Positions 56,305 through 61,476 of a DNA stretch of 64,000 bases are shown in pieces (within the stretch, counting starts at the first letter, position 1; the number at the start of each line of letters is the position of its first letter). The position numbers and the translations under genes are program-made. The stretch is from NCBI GenBank assembly GCA_964624415.1, contig CAZUWR010000001.1, positions 3,855-67,854 on the forward strand, in the 5' to 3' direction. This DNA is from an uncultured Bdellovibrionales bacterium (GTDB taxonomy: Bacteria; Patescibacteriota; Minisyncoccia; Moranbacterales; UBA1568). The notes under the pieces were generated by a model that was given only the letters and a program-made list of their open reading frames with translations, made no database searches and was not told where the DNA came from.

Positions 56305-57774
56305 ATGAAATACACACCTGTCATCGGCATGGAAGTGCATGTCGAATTGAAGACCAAATCCAAGATGTTTTGCTCGTGCAAGAACGGCTTGGGACTGGAG
56401 AAAACCCCCAATGTCAATATCTGCCCCGTGTGCACCGCGCAGCCGGGGACACTGCCCGTGCCCAATCGCCAGGCGATAGAATTCGTGCAGAAGGCCGGAC
56501 TGGCACTCAATTGTGATATACGCCTCTTGTCGAAATTCGATCGCAAGAACTATTTTTACCCGGATATTCCCAAGGGCTATCAGATTTCCCAGTACGATGA
56601 GCCGCTGTGCGAGAAAGGCGTCATCAGTATCGACGGGAAGGACATCCGCATCACGCGTATCCATATGGAGGAGGATACCGGGAAATCCAATCATCCCAAT
56701 GGCGCAGACTATACACTGGTAGATTTCAATCGTGCCGGTGTGCCGCTGATGGAATTGGTGACCGAGGCAGACTTGTCGAATGGCAAGGAAACTCGCGCTT
56801 TCTGTCAGCGCCTGCAGCAGACGCTGCGCTATATCGGTATCTCGGATGCGGATATGGAGAAAGGGCAGATGCGTTGCGAGGTGAACATATCCCTCCACAA
56901 GGAGGGTGCCGATCGCTTGAGCGGTACCAAAGCGGAGATCAAAAATATCAATTCATTCCGCGCTGTCGAACGGGCTATCGATTTCGAAATCAAGCGCCAG
57001 TCGGAGCTTTTGGATGCGGGAGAAAAAGTGGTGCAAGAAACTCGCGGGTGGGATGAAAACAAGAGCGCGACCGTCTCGCAGCGCAAGAAGGAATCCGCGC
57101 ATGACTATCGCTACTTCCCGGAGCCGGATATCCCGCCGCTTCACTTCACGCAAGACTATGTGGAGGCATTGCGCGCTTCTTTGCCGGAGCTTCCGCAGGC
57201 CAAAGAAGTGCGTTTCCAGGAGGAATACAAGCTCAATGTCGATGACGCGATTATGCTCGCTTCCGATAAGGATTTGGCGGCATATTTTGAAAATGTCATT
57301 ACCGAACTTTCAGCCAAGATCGATGCCAAAGAAGTGAGCGCGACCCTGGAGAAACTTGTCAAGCTCACCGCTAACTATATCATTTCAGAACTGCGCAAGC
57401 ACTTTATCAAGACCGGCGAAACCATCCGCGATATCCGTATCACTCCCGAGAACTTCGCCGAGCTCATCGGTTTCATCGGGGATGGCAAGATCAACTCCAG
57501 TGCCGCCCAGACGGTACTTGAAATTATGTATCAGGGTGAGGATAGCGATCCATCGCATATCATCGAGGAAAAAAACCTGGGACAGATGAGTGATGCCTCT
57601 GCGCTCGAAACCGTCGTAGATGCTGTCTTGGCAGCCAATCAGCAGTCGGTGGAGGACTACAAGAATGGCAAACAAGCGGCCTTCCAGTTCCTTATCGGGC
57701 AGGTGATGAAGGAAACCAAAGGCAAGGCCAATCCGCAGGTGGCGGGCGAATCGCTCAAGAAGCGTCTTCAGTAG
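56305..57774 (+). CDS. gatB: Asp-tRNA(Asn)/Glu-tRNA(Gln) amidotransferase subunit B
   Basis: MKYTPVIGMEVHVEL N-terminus; 489 aa with a conserved GatB/YqeY C-terminal domain. Confidence 0.9.
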   Translation: MKYTPVIGMEVHVELKTKSKMFCSCKNGLGLEKTPNVNICPVCTAQPGTLPVPNRQAIEFVQKAGLALNCDIRLLSKFDRKNYFYPDIPKGYQISQYDEPLCEKGVISIDGKDIRITRIHMEEDTGKSNHPNGADYTLVDFNRAGVPLMELVTEADLSNGKETRAFCQRLQQTLRYIGISDADMEKGQMRCEVNISLHKEGADRLSGTKAEIKNINSFRAVERAIDFEIKRQSELLDAGEKVVQETRGWDENKSATVSQRKKESAHDYRYFPEPDIPPLHFTQDYVEALRASLPELPQAKEVRFQEEYKLNVDDAIMLASDKDLAAYFENVITELSAKIDAKEVSATLEKLVKLTANYIISELRKHFIKTGETIRDIRITPENFAELIGFIGDGKINSSAAQTVLEIMYQGEDSDPSHIIEEKNLGQMSDASALETVVDAVLAANQQSVEDYKNGKQAAFQFLIGQVMKETKGKANPQVAGESLKKRLQ

Positions 57775-57795
57775 ATGTGCGATACAAAGAATACA

Positions 57796-57828
57796 AAAAC
57801 CGCTTTCCGGCTCAGGAGAGCGGTTTTT
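57796..57828 (+). terminator. intrinsic terminator after gatB
   Basis: AAAAACCGCT / AGCGGTTTTT stem around a 14-nt loop. Confidence 0.55.
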
Positions 57829-57851
57829 AAGTACACTTTTGTCACTATCTC

Positions 57852-57880
57852 TTGACAAAATGAGGAGAGGGTGCTATAGT
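57852..57880 (+). promoter_or_regulatory. consensus sigma-70 promoter of the small-ORF island
   Basis: TTGACA, 17 nt, TATAGT. Confidence 0.5.
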
Positions 57881-57939
57881 GAAGGAGCAGTACCCAAAAG
57901 ACAATAATTACATAAAAATCAAAAAACAGGAGAAGTGCT

Positions 57940-58038
57940 ATGAGCACGTTTTTAGAATTAGTATTTCTAGGGGTTATTTTTTTCTTTGTATTGAAGGCGC
58001 ATAAAAATAATACGGCGCCCTTAAATACTGATGAGTAG
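57940..58038 (+). CDS. small hydrophobic peptide (32 aa, one TM helix, charged C-terminus)
   Basis: AGGAG SD 6 nt upstream; MSTFLELVFLGVIFFFVLKAHKNNTAPLNTDE; below the ORF-track cutoff. Confidence 0.35.
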   Translation: MSTFLELVFLGVIFFFVLKAHKNNTAPLNTDE

Positions 58039-58047
58039 GAGAACGAA

Positions 58048-58224
58048 ATGACTGTAAAACAAATACTGGCTAAATTTTCAGCAAAAGAAGAGGGTGATAA
58101 TGGGAATTTTGGACTGGAAGATGCTCAAGAGCACAATGTCCAAGAGCATCAAAAAACTCTTCCCGCATTGCTCTTGCGGGATGCTGAAAATTTCAAAGAT
58201 TACCAGTGGCAACACTTTTTTTAA
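58048..58224 (+). CDS. small acidic protein (58 aa)
   Basis: AGGAGA SD; translationally close-coupled to the 32-aa ORF. Confidence 0.35.
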   Translation: MTVKQILAKFSAKEEGDNGNFGLEDAQEHNVQEHQKTLPALLLRDAENFKDYQWQHFF

Positions 58225-58309
58225 ATAGAGCTAGGCGCCGCGTACTGAACTTCAGTCCGGCGCCAAAAATTTTATTTGACAACTTTCTTAGGAGGAGTAT
58301 ACTTGAAAC

Positions 58310-58382
58310 TAATGAAAAGAAAGCTCAACATTTTAGCAGTCTATACGAAGTGATATCATCACCCCTGTGGGTGATTTTTTTT
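58310..58382 (+). ncRNA. candidate small RNA (about 70 nt) defined by a promoter and an intrinsic terminator
   Basis: TTGACA (58276), 17 nt, ATACTT, then about 50 nt, then hairpin ATCACCC-CTGT-GGGTGAT followed by a T9 run; contains only a 13-codon ORF. Confidence 0.3.
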
Positions 58383-58447
58383 GAGCCGATTTTCGCACTT
58401 GTTGTTTAACAACAGAATAATCAAATATTGAGTAAGGAGAATGTGTT

Positions 58448-58741
58448 ATGAATGATTCTAAAATGAGACAACCATCATTAAACTTTCTGGTAGAATCTCC
58501 AGCTTGTGACCTGATGCCCGATGGTGGTTGGTGTGATGTGCCTTTTCTACGGAGTTTACTCCCTTCAGAGCAAAGATGTAATTGCGCAAAGTACGGAAAG
58601 TGCATTATACGGGAATTGCCAAAAATCGATAATCATTCTATGGTTACGATACTTTTTTATAATCAAGCACAGGGAACCCCTGTTCCTGTTGATAAAATTC
58701 GATCAGCAATCAGTTTATATTGTGAAGCTCACAGTGTTTGA
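58448..58741 (+). CDS. small Cys-rich protein (97 aa)
   Basis: AAGGAG SD; 8 Cys including CNCAKYGKC; no family recognised. Confidence 0.4.
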   Translation: MNDSKMRQPSLNFLVESPACDLMPDGGWCDVPFLRSLLPSEQRCNCAKYGKCIIRELPKIDNHSMVTILFYNQAQGTPVPVDKIRSAISLYCEAHSV

Positions 58742-58752
58742 ATGGCACAATA

Positions 58753-58786
58753 AAAGGTGATGATATAAAATTCATCACCTTTTAGC
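58753..58786. terminator. bidirectional terminator between the Cys-rich ORF and miaA
   Basis: AAAGGTGATGA-TATAAAAT-TCATCACCTTT hairpin with flanking T runs. Confidence 0.55.
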
Positions 58787-58789
58787 TTT

Positions 58790-59779
58790 TTAGAAGAAGA
58801 TCTCTGTTTCCGAGGCAGCCTCTATCCAGTGGATATCAGCGCCCTGTTTTTCCCATCGGCGCAGCCAAGTGCGCTGTCTTTTGGCATAGTGGACGATGTC
58901 GAAGAAAAGTTTTTCTTTCATTGTCGGTTCGTCGATGTTTCCCTGCAAGAAGCGAGCTATCCATCGGTATTCAAGACCGAAGGCCTCCAGTTTTTCCCAT
59001 GCCGCGCCATGCTCGTGGAGGCGCCGCACTTCTTCGATCATGCCCTGATCGAAGCGTTCGTCCAGGCGTTTTCGTATATTCGCATCCAGGATGTCTTTTG
59101 GAGGATTGAACGCGATAATGAAATAGTTGCTTTGATTGATATATTGAGGTTTGGGATGTGTCATTCCGATCGTAGCGGAGGAATCCGAGATCCTTCGACT
59201 ACGCTCAGGATGACATATCATGGGGTTGCTCTGCAGTGAAGGGACTTTTCCAAGTGATTGTACGATTTCCAGAGCCCGGATAAGCCGGATGGGATTGTTT
59301 CTATCGATAGTTAGGGCTCTTTCCGGATCGATGGCTTGCAGTTTTGCAAAGAGTTCTTGGATAGAAAGGTGCGAAAGTTCTTTGCGCAGTATGAGATCGG
59401 GCAAGACCTCCGGGAAGGATTGGTTATCGATGAGCGCCTGCGCCCAAAAAAGCGTACCTCCGCAGAGGATGGGGAGTTTGCCGCGGCTTCGGATGTCTCG
59501 GATGATTGCTTGGGCATCACATTTGAAGTCCGTGACATTGTACTCCTCGTGCGGCTCGCGAATATCGAGGAGGTGATGCTGAGCGAGCGACTGCTCTTCG
59601 GTAGTCACCTTACCCGTCCCGATATCCATTCCGCAGTACACCTGTCGGCTGTCGGCTGAAATAATCTCGCCATCGTATTTGAGGGCCAGTGAAATTGCCA
59701 AAGAAGACTTGCCCGAGGCTGTCGGCCCGACGATGGCAAGGGTTTGTGATCTGTCGAATTTTCTTGACGTATGATTCAT
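58790..59779 (-). CDS. miaA: tRNA dimethylallyltransferase
   Basis: P-loop GPTASGKSS and DSRQVY motif; 329 aa; carries an approximately 20-aa insertion (CHPERSRRISDSSATIGMTHP) encoded by the dispersed repeat. Confidence 0.8.
   Translation of the reverse strand: MNHTSRKFDRSQTLAIVGPTASGKSSLAISLALKYDGEIISADSRQVYCGMDIGTGKVTTEEQSLAQHHLLDIREPHEEYNVTDFKCDAQAIIRDIRSRGKLPILCGGTLFWAQALIDNQSFPEVLPDLILRKELSHLSIQELFAKLQAIDPERALTIDRNNPIRLIRALEIVQSLGKVPSLQSNPMICHPERSRRISDSSATIGMTHPKPQYINQSNYFIIAFNPPKDILDANIRKRLDERFDQGMIEEVRRLHEHGAAWEKLEAFGLEYRWIARFLQGNIDEPTMKEKLFFDIVHYAKRQRTWLRRWEKQGADIHWIEAASETEIFF
59189..59215 (+). repeat. dispersed 27-nt repeat, copy 2 (inside the miaA coding sequence, in frame)
   Basis: identical to 41708..41734; on the miaA strand it reads CHPERSRRI. 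Confidence 0.6.
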
Positions 59780-59806
59780 AGTATGTTAGTATAGGCTATT
59801 CAGAAT

Positions 59807-59873
59807 GGAAATGCAAGCGGTTTTCTGAACGTAGAAAAAGTACTTGCTGAACGGGCTGAAGTTTGGCTCTTTA
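59807..59873 (+). promoter_or_regulatory. conserved structured 5' leader, E1
   Basis: GGAAATGCAAGCGG...; nested stems GCAAG/CTTGC and TTTTCT/AGAAAA; paralogues at 60731 and 61042. Confidence 0.45.
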
Positions 59874-59896
59874 TCAATTGAATACGAGGTAATGAT

Positions 59897-60280
59897 ATGC
59901 ATACTGTAGCGCAAAAATTGGCATTGCTAACAGCCATCGTAACGGTGATAGGAGGAGTTACAGCAAGTCTGTATTATAGGCAAGTATGGATACTACCTTT
60001 GACTGTGTTTGTCATGAGGGGAACAGAGATGCTTCTTCATATTGAAACAGAGATGACATTGATATATTCTTCGGAGGAACTCGGAAAAAGGGTTGCTCGA
60101 TGGATATTTATCTTGACTGTTCTTGCGGCGGTAATCGGTATTTTTGATACCACTACAGCAGGTATAGTCTGTTTTGTAATGATATTTCTCGTCTCATGTA
60201 AACTCGCTCAAACTCTGGCAATCTACATCAAAAAATATGATCAAATTTACGATTTCCACAAGGTTTTTAGTGAGGAATAA
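59897..60280 (+). CDS. hypothetical membrane protein (4 TM)
   Basis: 127-aa ORF with a GAGGT SD. Confidence 0.45.
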   Translation: MHTVAQKLALLTAIVTVIGGVTASLYYRQVWILPLTVFVMRGTEMLLHIETEMTLIYSSEELGKRVARWIFILTVLAAVIGIFDTTTAGIVCFVMIFLVSCKLAQTLAIYIKKYDQIYDFHKVFSEE

Positions 60281-60288
60281 GGAGTAGT

Positions 60289-60591
60289 GTGATGAAGAGA
60301 AAACAAAAAACGAAAACAAAAAAATGCATATCTATCTCCGAGGAGTATTTTCAGGAACTCCTAAACTTTCTTCAAAAATCGTATAAGAACTTACTCGAAT
60401 ACGCGTTTTATAAAGAGGCTGAGATCTTTTTGGGCGCTATAAAAGCCATGAAGAAAGGGTGTTTCGGAAAGGCAAAAAAACTTTTTCAAAGGTTAACTGC
60501 CGATGTCCAAAGAACTCTTAGCGAAGGGTATCAGGAGGATGATTACATGCGATCAGTACGTAATCTTAAGCCCGCGATAGATGAATTGTGA
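60289..60591 (+). CDS. hypothetical basic protein (100 aa)
   Basis: ORF 8 nt after the previous stop. Confidence 0.4.
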   Translation: MMKRKQKTKTKKCISISEEYFQELLNFLQKSYKNLLEYAFYKEAEIFLGAIKAMKKGCFGKAKKLFQRLTADVQRTLSEGYQEDDYMRSVRNLKPAIDEL

Positions 60592-60687
60592 TTTGAAAGA
60601 TGAAGATGTAAAGCCGAAACGTCAATGACGGAGTAGGCTTTTATACTACCCGAAAATGCTTCTTTGAGCCGTATTTGTCAGATATGA

Positions 60688-60716
60688 TTGACAAATGTTG
60701 CGGCGTATGCTATACT
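60688..60716 (+). promoter_or_regulatory. consensus sigma-70 promoter upstream of leader E2
   Basis: TTGACA, 17 nt, TATACT with an extended TGc. Confidence 0.55.
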
Positions 60717-60730
60717 GGGTTTTTCACGTC

Positions 60731-60794
60731 AGCAATGCGGGCAGTTTTCCCAAGACGGAAAAGCGCTTGCGAACTAACCTGAAAACAGGTTTTT
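60731..60794 (+). promoter_or_regulatory. conserved structured 5' leader, E2, with a terminator-like hairpin (candidate attenuator/riboswitch)
   Basis: stems GCGGGC/GCTTGC (with G-U pairs) and TTTTCC/GGAAAA, then CCTG-AAAA-CAGG followed by a T6 run, then a GGAGGA SD. Confidence 0.45.
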
Positions 60795-60819
60795 TGAAAC
60801 TCTTATGGAGGATGCAGCT

Positions 60820-60972
60820 ATGACGCTGTCAACAATACTGATATGGGTAGTTTTCCTTTTTATTGTCTATTTATTTTATCTGGCGATGAAGGGAACGAAA
60901 CCAGTAGGGTGTTCTGTGTGGGTACAAATGAATAAATATGCCCCGCACAAAACCGATACCACGTTCGATTAA
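60820..60972 (+). CDS. small membrane protein (50 aa, one TM helix)
   Basis: MTLSTILIWVVFLFIVYLFYLAMKG...; GGAGGA SD; below the ORF-track cutoff. Confidence 0.35.
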   Translation: MTLSTILIWVVFLFIVYLFYLAMKGTKPVGCSVWVQMNKYAPHKTDTTFD

Positions 60973-61041
60973 AATCAGTAGTCGACGACGGAGGTCTCAT
61001 ATTCTTACATCAAGAAGAGGCCTCCGAAAATTATTCACACC

Positions 61042-61107
61042 GGAAATGCGAGCGGTTTTCCGAAACGGAACAAATGCTTGCCGACCGGGCTGAAGTTTGG
61101 CTCTTTA
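61042..61107 (+). promoter_or_regulatory. conserved structured 5' leader, E3
   Basis: GGAAATGCGAGCGG...; stems GCGAG/CTTGC and TTTTCC/GGAACA; about 85 percent identical to E1. Confidence 0.45.
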
Positions 61108-61123
61108 AAAATTTTACGAGGAT

Positions 61124-61411
61124 ATGATTATGAATGTTGTATTTATGATAGAGTGTATAACACTTTGCGTAATGGGTCATGGACACGGATATGCTATGAA
61201 TTGGCTGGTAATTGAGGATATGACAGAAAATGATTTTAAAGACGAAAATATTCAAGAATGGATTCTATTGAATATTTTCAAAAAAGGAACAATACCAATT
61301 GGCCAGGATATTGTGACCGTGAAAAAATCGATGTTTTCTGATGGGCATGAAGTTGACGGATTCAGTGAATCCAAGAGCTTTAAGGTGAAGTTTTCACTAG
61401 AAAGAGTGTAG
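61124..61411 (+). CDS. hypothetical protein (95 aa)
   Basis: ORF with a GAGGA SD downstream of leader E3. Confidence 0.4.
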   Translation: MIMNVVFMIECITLCVMGHGHGYAMNWLVIEDMTENDFKDENIQEWILLNIFKKGTIPIGQDIVTVKKSMFSDGHEVDGFSESKSFKVKFSLERV

Positions 61412-61476
61412 TCAGCGATAAAGTCGCAAGAGCCTGCTTAAACATAAAAGCAGGCTCTTAAAAATGTGCAAAAAAC

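Noticed and set aside
58206-58409. ORF-track frame 58206..58409 (+, 67 aa)
   Set aside because: It spans a terminator, a consensus promoter and the candidate sRNA, and has no SD. The region is better explained as non-coding regulatory DNA.
61428-61459. Hairpin AAGAGCCTGCTT-AAACATAA-AAGCAGGCTCTT between the 61124 ORF and dnaE, considered as a terminator
   Set aside because: It is a perfect 12-bp stem but has no U-tract on either strand. It may be a processing or stability element, so it is not called as a terminator.
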